A stretch of DNA of 64,000 bases from Paramecium tetraurelia (taxonomy: Eukaryota). The stretch is from positions 248,001-312,000 of the forward strand of contig CT868496.1 of NCBI GenBank assembly GCA_000165425.1, in the 5' to 3' direction. The notes under the pieces are model-generated. The model had not been told where the DNA came from. It made no database searches and was given only the letters and a program-made list of their open reading frames with translations. This document shows positions 12,305-27,262 of the stretch, one piece after another. Numbering within the stretch: position 1 is the stretch's first letter; every line of letters starts with the position of its first letter. Position numbers and translations under genes: made by a program.

Positions 12305-14209
12305 TCATTGAAGTTTTTATTTTAATCCATATAAAAATAGAAATGCCAGGAATCTATACACAACTATGTATCCAAAAAGAATTAGAGCACACCACCACAA
12401 TCCTATATTAAATCCATAAAGTTCTTCTGGATCAATATCATATTGCTTATCTTAATATTCATTATAAGACATGGCCTCAAACCCATATTTCATTGGACTC
12501 AGATATTGCAACCATCCGATCCAAGGATAAAAAGACTTCTAGTTTGAATAGAACCCTGAAAAGATTATCAATGGAGTCACTATTGCTGGTACAATATTTA
12601 ATGCCATTTAAATGTCTTTGAATGCAGCTCCAGCCATTAAACCTTAAAATATAGAACTATATATATACCCATTGAATTAGAACAAACAAATACTAAAACT
12701 GAGATAAGGAGATGTATTAATACTATTTCACCAGAGTCATAATTTAATCCTATCATCCAATATGCTATTATTTATTAGATCAATGGTGAAATAACACAAA
12801 ATGGAATCTCAATAAGTTATTTAGCTAGAAAATACGATTTAGTAGTGTATAGTTTTGAATTCTCCTCTCTCAAAAAGACCTCTCTCTCTACTGAAAAGCT
12901 TAGAATACATGACATGATGGCATTCATTGTAAAATCCACACAGATGAAAAACAAGGCTAAGGAAGAAATATATATAATTATAATACCTCCAGATATTGAT
13001 AATAATTATTCTAATTTCCCATTATTACGACCAGCTCCCCAAAACACACCTCCTTTCAATAAGCCCAAAAAGATTGCCTATATGACCTTTGCTTTGAATT
13101 GCATATGATCTCTCATAATGTCTTTGACTCCTCTTGAAGATATTTCACCTATTTAATATGTAAATGAGGTTTCATTAATTTTTAATGGCACATCTGAATT
13201 GCAGCAATTCTAGATTTCAGAGTCTATTTATTTTTGTAATTTCTGTTCGTATTCCTGAAAATACAAACTGTAATTCTCAATATTCTACTTATCTTCAGCA
13301 TGAGTTATAGATAAGAAATAATCCATTGGATTAGAATGGTCAGGACACTTAAATCCAAAACTGCTGAAATGGTTGATTATATTGTCTCTGGATCCTTAAT
13401 ATGCTAATCTCCCTTAAACCAAAAGCATAATCCTGTCAAAAAGTAAGAAGATGTCTGAACTTGGTTAATGTATGGTAAAGATGATAGTTCTGTCTTATTC
13501 ATCTGATAATTTTCTTAATTGATGGCTATAAATTAATCACAATTTATAATTACATAATTTAAAATGCTGTAAATGAGTCTAATCCAGAAGTTGGTTCATC
13601 AAGCAATATGCAACTAGGATTAGAGACTAATTCATATCCAATTGAAGTTCTTTTTCTCTCTCCTCCTGAAATGCCTTTCATATTAATTCCTCCAATGAAT
13701 GTATTCTAGCATCTCTCAAGTCTCATGCATTTAAGAGTGTCAATAACTCTGGATTACTTTATTTCTGCATCACTATATTTAAGGTTGGCAGCAAATTAAA
13801 GTGCTTCTTTCGGAGTCATAGTTTCCATTAAAACATCATTCTACATCACATAGGATGCAAACTAAGAAAACTTCTCGTAGTCATATGGACAACTGTTGGC
13901 CAACAATTTCCCAGTCAATTTGTTGGTTTTGGAATTAGAAATTCGACAAGCCAAAACATTCAGTAATGTTGTTTTACCTGCACCAGAACTTCCCATAATT
14001 GCTGTGACATGTCCACCAGGACAGATCCCACTGATATTATTCAGAATTATTCGTTTATCTAAAAATTTACTTCAATAATCACTTATTTCATAGGTAATAT
14101 TTTAGAAAACTAAATCAACAACTTTTCTGCTTCTGAGTGTTTTCGATGTAGAAGGTTCGGGTTTGTTCGTATTTAATGGAGTCATCTCAAATTTCACAGT
14201 TTCTGTCAT
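12305..14209 (-). CDS. ABCG half transporter (third, more distant paralog)
   Basis: MTETVKFEM start. [24 protein letters not shown] and SPMKYGFEA. Intron 13526-13553 is at the same phase and position as the 21-nt intron of the two upstream paralogs. Confidence 0.93.
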
Positions 14210-14527
14210 ATTTCAATAAATATTCTTAATTATATTCTCGGATTTAAGATTTTCGGATTTAACTTTAATACTATTGTTTCATCTATGATATCACACTTAA
14301 TAAGAAATCAATTTCAAAAGACTATTGATTACTATATGATTTTAATATTTTATTAATTATCAATTATCCTAATGTAAGGTGATCTCCAAATTAATGAAGA
14401 TATATCTGTTTTCATAGACATGAATTAAAATCCTCGTAGAATAAAGAATTTAACAGCATTCCTCTAAATTCAATCAAATTATAAGACAATCTACTTTTTC
14501 ATATTAAAATATCTAATCTATTTGTGA

Positions 14528-14738
14528 CAATACATATCAATAAATTTCATAACAATAGAGAATGCACCAGAGAGCCCGACTTTAGTTTTTCTAAATTGCT
14601 TGGAAGCTATGAAATTCTGGAGTATTTAGCTTTAGGTTTTCCAAGTTACTTAAAGCTTTCTTAGTCCACATACTAAACAATCTCAATGTTTCCATTCAAA
14701 ACTAGTTTAGGGAAGTTAGTATTTGAAATGGCTTCCAT
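14528..14738 (-). other. Short ORF or 5' remnant of a decayed gene
   Basis: MEAISNTNFPKLVLNGNIEIVQYVDQ... reaches TGA after about 65 codons, while coding-like sequence continues in another frame. Confidence 0.3.
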
Positions 14739-14972
14739 TAAATTATTTATTGCCTCAAATAAATTATATTTCTAAGAAATAAATTTGAGTATCTTTATAG
14801 ATTATAATATATTGTAATAATCCAATTGACAATTGAAATTTGATGATTAATAATCAAAATCGTGTTACACTTAACATAATAACTAAATTGACGAAACATT
14901 TATTAAATATTGAATTATATCTATGTATTAGTCCAATCAAAAACAGAATAATAAAATTTATTATCACATTAA

Positions 14973-16373
14973 ATGTCTTATAGTTCATAATAATCTATAA
15001 AATTGGAAGATTATAGAGAAATAGCTATTGACATATCGTAAAGTTTGATTGCAGTTCGCTCGATAATAAGAGAGATTTTAAGACGATCTAGTGTGATTTT
15101 AATTGAAAAGCATCTCGAATAATAGATTCCTCTGATAATGCCAAAATGGACTCTATAGTTTTCAGAGGATGTTGTGTCATTGGGCATTCATGAACCTGAT
15201 GAAATGATGACAGAGAATATTAATTAGGGTTTGGTTCTTGAAACAGAACCAGAAATAAGAATTTAAGATTGTTGGAGAAGTTATATTGCAAATATTGATC
15301 TGCGATTTCATTAAACAACACATACTAGCCATAGTGTAACCAAATCTCATCTATCCTTTAATGCAGGCTATCAGAGAAGTTCTGTTACAGTAAAAAGAGC
15401 TTCACAAATTCTAAAAACTCAATTCGAACCATTTGAGCCAGAGTTTGTTAATATGTAACAAAAAGTAGAGGAAGATCCCTTTGATTAAGGATTGAGGTTA
15501 TAGTTGGAGAGAGATCAATAATTGAGATAGTAAAAGTGGTAGGCTGAACAATAGAGGATTGCAGAAAAGAAAGAATAATTGAGATAGATCAGATTATTGG
15601 CAAGTTCATTCACAGGTGATAAGAAATATACTTTTGATTATGAAGGGAAATTCATGCCTTAAAATATACCTCAGATTGAGTAATTAGCACCCATCAGACC
15701 CAGAGTTAGTTCAATGGTGTAGTTTTAAGAAAAGAATAAGGTTATTGAATTTGGGAAGTCATTTGCACATGTGAAAATAGAGGGAGACAAACCTTTTTTG
15801 GGGAGTCAAATAAATTTCTAATAGAAACAATAATAGAATGTATTTGATCAAATTGAAGTAGCTAAAGGTGTTACTTTGACTGAAGGTTAGAATTAAAAAT
15901 AAGGACCTTCATTCTCGAATAAATAGAATTTATAATTATGGGAAGAGGGATTGAAATTAACTAAAAGTGAATATTAATAGTATGTGTAAGGAATTTAAGG
16001 AGGAGTGAAAATTTAAAAGATTATCTAAAATACATCTATTAATGATATAGAACCATCTCAAGTAAATTTAAATACATCTATAGTAAATTCTACAACTGTG
16101 AAGGAGGGTTCAATCAGAATAGATGGGAACATCAGTGTGGAAGAACTATTAATTACAGAAGAACCAACGCCAATTAAAATTGATGTTTAATAGCCATTAC
16201 CAAAATTGCTATTAAAATAAAAAGATCTCTCATAATTATTAACTATTACTACTGATGCTTTGAAATAAGGCAAGCCAAAATTACCAAAAGTAATGAGTTC
16301 ATAACATTCTCTACCTTAATTACCTAAAAATCCTAGAGATAGAACAATAAGCTAATTATATAAATTAAAATGA
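14973..16373 (+). CDS. Hypothetical protein (coiled coil, Gln-rich)
   Basis: ATG 14973 to TGA 16371-16373, 1401 nt, in frame under code 6. Contains HEPDE...EPEIRIQDCWR. Confidence 0.8.
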
Positions 16374-16403
16374 TAATTAAGTAATAATAATATCTAAATT
16401 TAT

Positions 16404-19400
16404 TCAAACTTCTCTTTTCTTCAAATAATACTTCATCATTTTTAAATAATCTATTGTCATAAATAAAATCCTACCGTAATGTTCATCCATGTATTATAAG
16501 ATTTGATTATCAACAGCTATCAAATAAATATGTTTCATCTTTTTCTATTTATCGACTTTACATCTCATAAAACTTATATGTATAGCTGATATTCCGCTTC
16601 CTCTTAGGTTTCCCTTATTGACCAATATTCTGTTAAAGTTTAAGAACCCAAATTATTATTACTTGAACTTTAAATCAAATATATCGAAATAATAAATTAC
16701 AGGTACAAACTTAGGCATATCTTCATCTTCTTTTTGATTTAAGGAATACAACAACTAAGATAATAACTTTTTTGTAATACAAATGTAGATGAGAAGGGCG
16801 TTGTGAACATAATGTTTTTAGAAGAAGTTCTCTCCAATAAGGTCATAGGCTTAACATATTATTCTCCATTCATTGTAAATATAGAAATTTAGGAGTTAAC
16901 GCTCTTAAATACTAGAAATTACATTTAAATACAACATTGCCAGAACTTATTTGATTTATCTATATAAATTGTATGTAATACACTATTATATTTTTAATAT
17001 ATTACTTTCCTTCTAAACTCAATAGATTTGCAATATTCTTATAGTCTATTGTTAAAATAAGAAGATCAGTTAAATCTATACATAAAATTCCATTTTCTAA
17101 TTACTTAGTAAAGACTCCCTTAACTTATAACTAATGGTTGAATTGAATTTAAAATAATTGAAGTAAACCATCTAATGATCCTATGGCTAAAATCTTTGAA
17201 ACAGCATGAAATCTAACACATGATGTCCTTTTTTGTCTCTCTAAGTCTGAGGTTGGAAAATTGATATTAATTTTCTTCATCTTATTCCTTAAATCGTAGA
17301 TTTTTAGGCTTTCATCAAGGAATCCTACCAAACATAAATACAACTTGTAATTCTATTTCCCCTCAAAAACACTATAATACTAAGAATCATAACCATCCCC
17401 AAAATCAAACTACTATTCATAAATGAAGCTGAACATATTTTAGGGATTGCACCCGTCCGTCTTTAGCTCAGGCAATTCAAACATCTATTTAAGTTAGATC
17501 TCAGGATAAAAATCAAAATGATCTTAGAAATGCTTAGTCTCCAATAATGTTAGATTATTGTAGTTCTTATCATTAGTCTTCAATATATAAATGCATTTTT
17601 TGGAATAGGGATAAAACCCTAAAATTTATGATTTTCTTAATTCTGTCAACCGATCAAATTATTGAAAGACAAACAACTTGTTTTGTTTTAACTGATCATT
17701 GCCAAAATCAGGGATCTCATTTGTAAATACCTACAAACTATATACCCTCTTTTAATGATTCTTCTTGAATAATTATTTAGGTGTTTAACCAATATCTTAA
17801 ATTTTAGTTAAATATTATTTTATTGCTAAGTAGTCATTACTCTAGTTTAACAATTTATTCCAATTTTCTTAATATGTTAGATGATGAAACATATTTGCAG
17901 AGTCGACTGCATTTTATCCAATACTTTTGTTTCCAAATATCAAATCGATCCAGTGATTCAATTCATTAGACACTGTATCACTCTCAAGTGCTAGCCTCAT
18001 TATATAAACAAACTCTTCAGGTGTCTACGTCTTAACCCAATTCGGCAATTCTACAACAGGGATTCTTGACTGTTATTGTAAATTACTAAATATAATCATA
18101 CAAATACATATTCCTTAGAAATTCAGGCATATAGTAAAATTCTGGAATCAATTCCTTATTATCATAATTTATACTATTTTCCCATAAATTTTCAATACTT
18201 GAAAATAGTCTTTCAGACGTACTGAATTCATCCATCAATTTTGAAGGGATCAATCTTATCAAATATTTGAGAACTGTTTAAGCATTTGAGTAATGGTGTT
18301 TATGTTGATAGTTCCCATTAGTAGAAGTTATTTCTCTCTCCATATAATCTTTAATTATTTATTCAGAATTCTTTGCAATTGCACCGACTGGTAATTTGAG
18401 ATTTCTAAATGTATCTGATCCTTCTTTGGAATAGAAATCAATTTGATAAGATTTATAGTTTTAAATGACCCAAGGAAATACAAAATACTAACTTAAATCG
18501 TTACAAGTTCTTCCTGAAAAAATGTTCACTAACATTAAATAGTGAAAATTTGATAACTATCCTTCAACCCATTTCTCTTAATAATTCATTTTCTTAAATT
18601 CTTATTTTGGATCAATTACTTAAACTTTCTTCTTTCTAAATTCTTACAATAGTAATTATTATTCTGAATTTTTAAATAAATTGAAGAAGTAATTCTATCT
18701 ATCAATAAATATCTCAATAGCAATCTCCATTAATAAAAACCTCCTTGGGTGCACATTCATTATCCTATCGAGAGTAATTTCAAGGAATATGTTCTCTGTT
18801 GTTTAAATAACTTGTGGACTCGAAAATAATTCTTCTGATTCTAATTCTTATTATTCAAACTGAAGAGATTAATTAATTTCATTAAATTTCAACACTCCTT
18901 AATAAACCCCTTGATAAGTTATATATTCACAATTATATTTAGTAATCCCTACCTAATTGTTTTCTGGTGATCTTTTTCTAAGATTCATAATTGCATTATT
19001 AATTTTATTTTGAATATCTTATTCTTTTTTCATTCTCTGAATTTATTATTTATCAAATTAATGATCTATTTCATCTTATGAACAATATAATTAATTAATT
19101 TTAGTAATTTGTAAAAATGGGTGTTTTCTTGTGAAGTCTGACAAATCAAATACCCATTTCCATTGCCTAGTTTCCACAAATTTAAAATTACATTTCTTGT
19201 TGTAAATAAAACTGTTTAATTTTTGCTAAATTAATTATAATTAATCTTTAACTTAACCACATTATGACTAATATCCTGACTCTTAATACTAACTATGTGT
19301 CCTCTATTATTCCTTATAAGAATCTTCAAATAAGGTTAGAACGGATAATTTTGGATAAACTAATAAATTACTTTATGTCCTCTGTTTCTCTTAAGGTTCC

Positions 19401-22400
19401 ATAATAATAGGATACAACACCCAAAGTTTATGAATTAATTGGTAGTAAATTATAATATCCATGAATATACTTAATCGAATTGAATTTGCTAATTCATTAT
19501 TGGATAAATCTATTTATGATAAATCATGTGTGCTTATTATTGATTATTTACTCGATTAGACTTACATCTTTAGCGTATTGAGTTTATTAAAAGCCTTCAA
19601 TATTTATTCTTAAGATTCTTTTTGTTGATGAAAAAAACATTAAATTAATTTAGGATCTACATTTTTCCAATCCATAGTTCTGGTCAGTTTAAATTGTCCA
19701 AGTATTTCTTAAAGTTCTGATTAGTTCTTTAATATTTACTTATCTAATTAATTATCATTAGGTTAATTATTTTCAAATAGAGCGAAATAAACTAAGAGTT
19801 AGTAAAATTTATAATGCTTAACTAATTTAGATCCATTCTCCTTGATTCTTATTCTCCCTTAATTAAGATCTGCATTATGTAACATTGTTGTTAACTGTTA
19901 TCTGTATTATTTCTTTGTTATAAATAGATAAACTGAGAATTCTTAATCAATAAATTTTTTAATTCTTTGACAACTTTATTAATCAATTCTACCCTCTATG
20001 TTATATTTATTAATAGATAAATAATTTCTTATTGGTTTAATCATTTATGGAATTTTCACAAAAGGTGCAATTAATTATTGCATTAACCTTTTAATGCCTC
20101 CATTGGGTAGAATTCTATTGTTTTACTTTTTCATTTTATTATAGTCTTCTTTAATTTATTTTAAATCAAAAGTATCTTCAAAATCTGGAATGATGTAGTC
20201 ATGATCATAAAATAAGATTCCTAAATAATTAAATAGATCAATGCCCTTGTCCATTATCTAAGAGTACTAGTTCCAATCAACAATTTCAAAATTTGATATC
20301 TCTCCAATACATTTTTCGATATGCATATATAGAATTATGATATTTACTAATTTACTCTCATCCTTTTCTCCTTGAAATGGCTGCGCTTATTTTAGAGCAT
20401 AAAATGAGATTGTTGTATGATAAACAACCTATAGATATTAATTAAAACTATCATTACTAAGTATTTAGCTTTAAATATGCACTTCATATAAGGTCTCGCT
20501 AGTCAAATTTGGATACATTTCTATAAGATATATAACTAAATATGTGAATAAATCTAAAGAGTTTTGCTTGTTATCTAAAGAAATAGTCATTAGATTTTTC
20601 ATCAACATAGGAAAACTCTATAATTTTACTAGTTTTAAAATTAAAATGTCTGAATTCCATTTTTTTAGAGCAGCATTTTTAAATAAATCCAAATACCAAA
20701 TTAATATTGTTCTCTTAACTGAATCCTTTATTAATAGATTTAACATCAATTAATTCTAAAACCTTACGAGTTTCTTTATTAATAGTACATCCACCTCAAA
20801 TTACTTAATTAGAGTTAATACTTTTGAAATTAATAATTATCCAACTTCAATTCTATTCTTGAGGAAATAATCAAAATAAATTTATAATGTATTCAATTCT
20901 CCATTTTCTTTAGAATTCTACCTTAATTAAAAAACTATTGATGAATAAATTGAAAATGTCAATTCATACATTTTATCATTTACTTCAAATTCATAAATAA
21001 ATGATCGATTATCACTAATCTATTTATATTACTTCTTTAAAATTTGAAAAATTTTATATTTAAAACTATTTAGAATGGTTTCTTCCTCAATTTTTATGTT
21101 ATTTTTTTATTTCATTCTATCCTTTATCAATATATCTATTATTTATAATATGTCTAAAGTGAATAAATTAAAACATTTTTGGCTCACTAATAAATTAAAA
21201 AAATTTGTAATGGGATTAATTTCTGGAATCAATATATCCCCTTAATATTGAATGCATTTAGATAAGGAATAGGAAAACAAATGTTTTTCTTCAATGCTCA
21301 TAAAGGCTTAACTCATTTTTATTGACACTTAAGCAAATAAATATCTACTTTCATAATACAAATGGATGTTCATGAATTTTCTTAAACAATTTGAGGTTAT
21401 CAATGTCTGAATTATACTACTTGTACATATGAGCTTTATTTAATCAAAGGTAGTGAACTGATTATCTAATATTTTAATTATAGTAATGAGAAATAAAAAG
21501 GATGATTACTCATTTTACATTTTCGAATAGATTAATAATAATTAAATGATGAATTCATTTGAAATCATTTAATTTATGTTAATCCATCTTTTGCAATTCT
21601 CTTCCATGTTTTATAGATTTTAGGAATTAATAAAATTACTCACCTTAGAATTCCACATCATCATATTTTCTTAAAATATTTTCAATACCAAAATGATAAT
21701 TTATTCAGAATCCCTTGCATTTGTATTTTCACATTCAGTATATAATAAATCTAAAATCATATTAAAGATATTGAAACCTCCACACTTTTGGATGAAATCA
21801 ATTCCTTTTTTCATATCTAACTTATAGACATTCTGAAAACATATTTTACACTCATTTTGCAAAACTGGTGAAATAGAAAACAATTCATCAAATTTTTACT
21901 AATTTTCATTAAAGACTTCTGAATTAATGAATATCATTGTTTATCGCTTTAAATTTGTTTTTTTAATTTGCTCAAATTAGATCTTCGAGTTATTTATTAT
22001 TAAGTAAAATTCTGATACTTATCCTTCAAATGAGCATTAATCTAATAATTCAATAGAACAATTGAATTCCTCATTTGATTCCTATAGTTGATCATTTATA
22101 TTAACTCCAAAAACGAACTTGGAAAATTAGGGTTGCAAATCCTCTTGTTGTTGTAATTAAAATATGAAATTCTATTCGTTAATTTAAACTATTAGATTTT
22201 AATTGTTTTTTAGTTAAAAATCTATATTAAACCATGATGTCAAGTCCAGATTAGTTAAGTAATCTTACTCCTAATGGAATTCCCCTTCTTTATAAATGAT
22301 AATAAATTTCTTCATCTTACAAATAGATATTTGAATTTCTTGATCTTTTGTAAAATATAAAGTAAAAATAATTAGTTTTTCAGCATATTCAAAATTATCT

Positions 22401-25332
22401 AGAAATGAATCTAAGTTCATTTGATCTAGTTCTTAAAATTTGGAACTTTCATTCTCTGAATTAATAATTTTTAATCTGATTTTTCCTTCAAGTATAGAAA
22501 TAGGATTAGGCAATAAGTTTATCTGAAGTGATGATGCCCCTCCTTAAAAGAATAGGAGATTTGATTATTCTTTCAATTTTGATTACTGCCACATCTCGTA
22601 AACTAGTTAAGATATCTCTATGATTATTTTGACAACTTAAATGTAGTTATCTTTATCGTCCACTAATTATATTAGGTTATAATTTNNNNNNNNNNNNNNN
22701 NNNNNNNNNNNNNNNNNNNNNNNNNNNNNNNNNNNNNNNNNNNNNNNNNNNNNNNNNNNNNNNNNNNNNNNNNNNNNNNNNNNNNNNNNNNNNNNNNNNN
22801 NNNNNNNNNNNNNNNNNNNNNNNNNNNNNNNNNNNGCTCACCCTTTAGATAACTACACGTTCGATAACTTTTTATTTAATTTCATCTTATTCGTAAGCAT
22901 CTAATTACAAATCATCTAAATCATTCATTAATATTGTGGATTAATATTGACTTAATGTTTCAAACAATTATTTAATTATTTGAGGATCTTAATTCAACGA
23001 AATCACTCTGACTATGCATTACTGCATTAACCTTATTATTTCTGGATCTCTTGCTAATCTGAAATAGAAAATAAATTTAGGATAGAAATCCAAAAAAGAA
23101 AGGACAAGGGAAATTTATGTTTCTAATTACAATTTTAGCATCTATAAATAGAATTTTCTATTGATTTGTATATTAGGCACTTCGAATAAAATACTTAAAC
23201 TTGTTTCATAGAATTTGTTATAGACTAACTTCAATAAAACTTATCTCTAATTTAATTTCGAAAATAGATCTGAAGTATTCAATAAATTCTCATTCCTATC
23301 AAAGTACATATCCTTAATTTAAATGATATAATCATATCCATAAGCAATAACATTGATGTTGTTAATTATTTAATAGAGTGTATTAGATTGGAGAATGCCA
23401 GCATTTTAAAGTACAATAATAAGATTTATTGTGAATTTATAGTGAATATAGCATAATTCTAAACAAAGTTATTAAATGGGATCTGATCTTAACATCTCTT
23501 TCTCATCGATCAACCAAAATATCATGTAAATTATATAAGTAATTTTATGATAGATTTCAGTATATGTTCTATATTATCCAACATTTGTATTAGAAGCCTT
23601 GATTATAGAATAGTAAATAGTCTATACTATTTCAGTAAACTTTGTTAAATTTGACAATAAATAATTGAGAATCTTGGTTCCCATACCCGTTTTATAATTT
23701 ATGTTGTTTTTATACTCTCCTTTCTTATTTTTCTTGCATGATCTCATTAAAATTGAAATATATTTTAGAATATGCTGAAAGCATCCAGAGTTCTGTTATA
23801 TAGACTAAAATAATGCCAGTAATTATTACTTACTATATGAAATTTAAGAAACCATAACTATGCTGCAAAGATTTAGAGGAATTTGAAATAGCAATATGGA
23901 TTATTTTCTAATAAATTGATTCATTCTCAATTAGTTCCAAAAGTTTATGATCAAATATCTTATAATAATACTGATCTTTGATTTCTTCTGTATAATATTG
24001 AATAATAGAAGAATTGAGTTCTATCTTTTGTTCTTCATTAAATTGATGTTAGTATTTACATAAGTATATAATAAATTGAATAAGCTGTTCAGTGTTTAAA
24101 CTATTGTCATGAACAAAGTGCTTTAATTCCTTTACATGAAAATCAATGTATATATTTAATATTTTATTGTTGTCGTTCAACTATAATAATTATTGTCCAA
24201 TTAATAGATAATAAGATAATTTGGTTTCTTAGTTTGAATTTTAAACAATCAAATCAAAAATATATAAAATAAGAGTATAATTTTGGATTATATAAAAATT
24301 ATTTGAGCAGATGACCAACCACTTTATGATTCTATTATTACATCAATTTCATTATTGATTGACTTCTAATTTAAATTAATTCTGTGTCCAATTTGAAATT
24401 ATCAACAAACTCGGTTACTTATAACAAATAAATGAAAATTAAGTAATAATTAATATCACTATCCTCTTTAATTTGATAAATCCATTTCCACAAGTTTTAC
24501 TCTATAATTTAAATGTATTAAATTTATCGATAATTTTATTTTAAACATGACGAGTATACTTAAAAATATGTAATCTCCTAAGATTATTCAATATCACTTA
24601 ATTCTTGAAGTTGCTTAGAGTTTTGCAAGAAACAGTATTAAAATAAGTCATTTAACTCAATAAACTTCTAGATATCTATAACCTGTAAATAGGTGAAATA
24701 CAAAGTATTTGCTAATAAAATTTAATAAATCAAAGGCCTTATATTTAATTTTTTCTTAAAATTTAAGGGTATAATAAGTTTTAATTAATATTTATAACTT
24801 AATGAATGGCTTGATATATTAATATTATTAAGGTTTTTGATCATTATTTTACATCATTTTCTTTACAAAAATAATCACATTGCTTCCAACCTCATAACAG
24901 ACTTCAAATAGAATTTATTTGACAATTTCATTGATTTCTGATAATTTATCATATTCATAAAGTAGATTGTCCAAACAATCCTATGATAGATTTCAATAGC
25001 AATTTTTTAAGAGGATGGAAAAAATAATAAATTATTAGTGTGTTATTATTGACCTAAAATAATTTGACGTATATGAATAATAATCCTTGAATAACAGCAT
25101 TTATAAAGTAAGTAAGTTGAAAAAGAAAGGAGAATTCCCTTTTTTTGTTGAAAAAGTTTTCATATTCCCATTGATTTTCAACTTTTGATTTAGTTAATGA
25201 AATAAACTCAAATTCTATAATGGATTAATTTTATAAGGATAATTTTGGATCTTCTCTAAGTGTATCTGATAAATCATCATTAAATGTTTATTCCCACTAT
25301 GTGTGAAGTAATTTCAGATATTAATTAAGCAT
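16404..25332 (-). CDS. Large PH-BEACH-WD40 protein (LYST/neurobeachin-like), interrupted by an assembly gap
   Basis: BEACH motifs [55 protein letters not shown] and [20 protein letters not shown] (~17930-18580). PH-like [15 protein letters not shown] upstream and WD-like C-terminus. Continuity across the N run is assumed. Confidence 0.85.
22686..22835. other. Assembly gap (150 N)
   Basis: Run of n characters. Confidence 1.
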
Positions 25333-25577
25333 TTTAATATAAATTAAATTAATAATAATAATAAGGATTTACTAAATATTGATCAAGAAATTCCCATCTT
25401 AATATACATGAATAAGGAATAATTGAAATTAAAAATTACAAGATTACCAAATTTATAATTATTATGTTAATTTGTAAGAAAAAACACTCTATTTATTATT
25501 ATTAATATTTGTTATCAGAGCCAGTCAATAAAAATTATAATTCTAATTCTTTTATTTATGAATATAATTGAAACAAT

Positions 25578-26989
25578 TCATTCGATCCAAACTGTCTTAA
25601 TATTAGCAAAGTTCTAGACTCCCCATTCACCACATTCTCTTCCATATCCAGATCCTTTGATACCTCCAGATGGTAATCTTTAATCTGATTTGACTATTTC
25701 ATTCACAAACACCATTCCTGCTTCTAGATGATTCACAAATTACTCAATCTCTTACTTGTCATTGCTAACAACTACTGCACCTAATCCATAAGATGTGTTA
25801 TTTGCAATTCTCAATATCTCATCGTTACTATTTGCTTTTATTAAAGCAAATAATGGTCCAAATGTCTCCTCTTTTACCAATATATTTTTCTCATCCACCT
25901 CTACGACAGTTGGCAACATAAAATTTTCATTCTCCTTTAATCTAGTACCTCCATAAACTATCTTTGCTCCTTAATCCACTCCCATCTTAATTTAATGCAA
26001 AAGACTTGTAATTAAATCTTCTCTTGCTATCGGACCTAATTCAGTTGTCTCTAATAAAGGATCACCAATTTTTAGTTTCTCCAATGCATTTACTAATTTT
26101 TCTTTAAAAATATCATAATATTGAAAATGAACTATGAATCTTTTTGCAGAAAAGCACACTTATCCGCAATTAGCTATTCTTGATTTAAGAGCCAATTAAA
26201 CTGCTAATTCTACATTTGCATTTTACAATACACAAAATGGATCTGATCCTCCCAATTCCAAGACACTTCTCTTTAAATGTTTACCAGCAGTAGCTCCTAT
26301 TATTGAACCTGCAGCTGTAGAACCTGTGAATGACACACCTTATATCTAAGGATGAGCCATCACTTATTCTAATTATTAAGCAGTTGTAAATGCATTCTAA
26401 AATATATTTTCATTGAATCCAGCTAATATAAATAACTCCTATAACGCCATTCCGCAAAGCCCTGTTGAATCTGAAGGTCTATGGATTACTGCATTACCAA
26501 CTACCAACATTGGAATAATTGGTTTAAAACCTTAATATACAAGGTGTCTTACATAACCAAAATGGAAAATTGAAAGGAGATATCGAGTAGATGGTTCCAA
26601 TAGGTGAATATTACACATAACTACTTTTAGCTTCAGTTATCACTATTTGAGGTTGTGAATATTTATCGATATTTTCAGCATAATATTTGCAATAATTTGC
26701 TGATTTCTTTATTTCTGCTCTTGATTAACATATTGGTTTGCCTACCTCTTATGATATTAATCTTGCATATTTCTCTTAATTTTCGTTCAATAAATCAGAT
26801 AGCCTATTAATTTGTATAACAAATGTACTTCAATAATTTCTTTGCTTTCAATTAGTACGAGCTATTCCTATTGATTTCATATCCTTATTGTGATTATAGA
26901 ATTAATTGCTTTAACTCTTCATCACTAAGAAAATTGAATTCCTATACTACCTCCTTAGTGGCTGGATTTTTTGATATAAATTTTCTCAT
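25578..26989 (-). CDS. Aldehyde dehydrogenase, succinate-semialdehyde dehydrogenase (Sad/GabD1)-like
   Basis: [11 protein letters not shown] start. [32 protein letters not shown] (catalytic Cys), EETFGP and [11 protein letters not shown], ending [11 protein letters not shown]. Two small introns. Confidence 0.93.
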
Positions 26990-27262
26990 AATATTATATC
27001 AATATTTATAATAATTAGTGTTAGAGTTTTGTCGAAAGAATTAGATATACTTTCTTCCTTGTATTTACAATCATATATAAGTATTTCAATATTATGATAC
27101 TTTAAAATATATATTAGACATCCCATCTAAATAATTATAATCAAAATATTTATCTTTAATAGAATTATTCAGATATTAAATTCACTTTAATAGATTAAAT
27201 GAAATTTATTCACATATATATAATTTAAATTCCAATCCAATTCTATTAATATATTATTAATA

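Noticed and set aside
22686..22835. Possible insertion or IES in the BEACH gene
   Set aside because: Only Ns are present, so nothing can be inferred.
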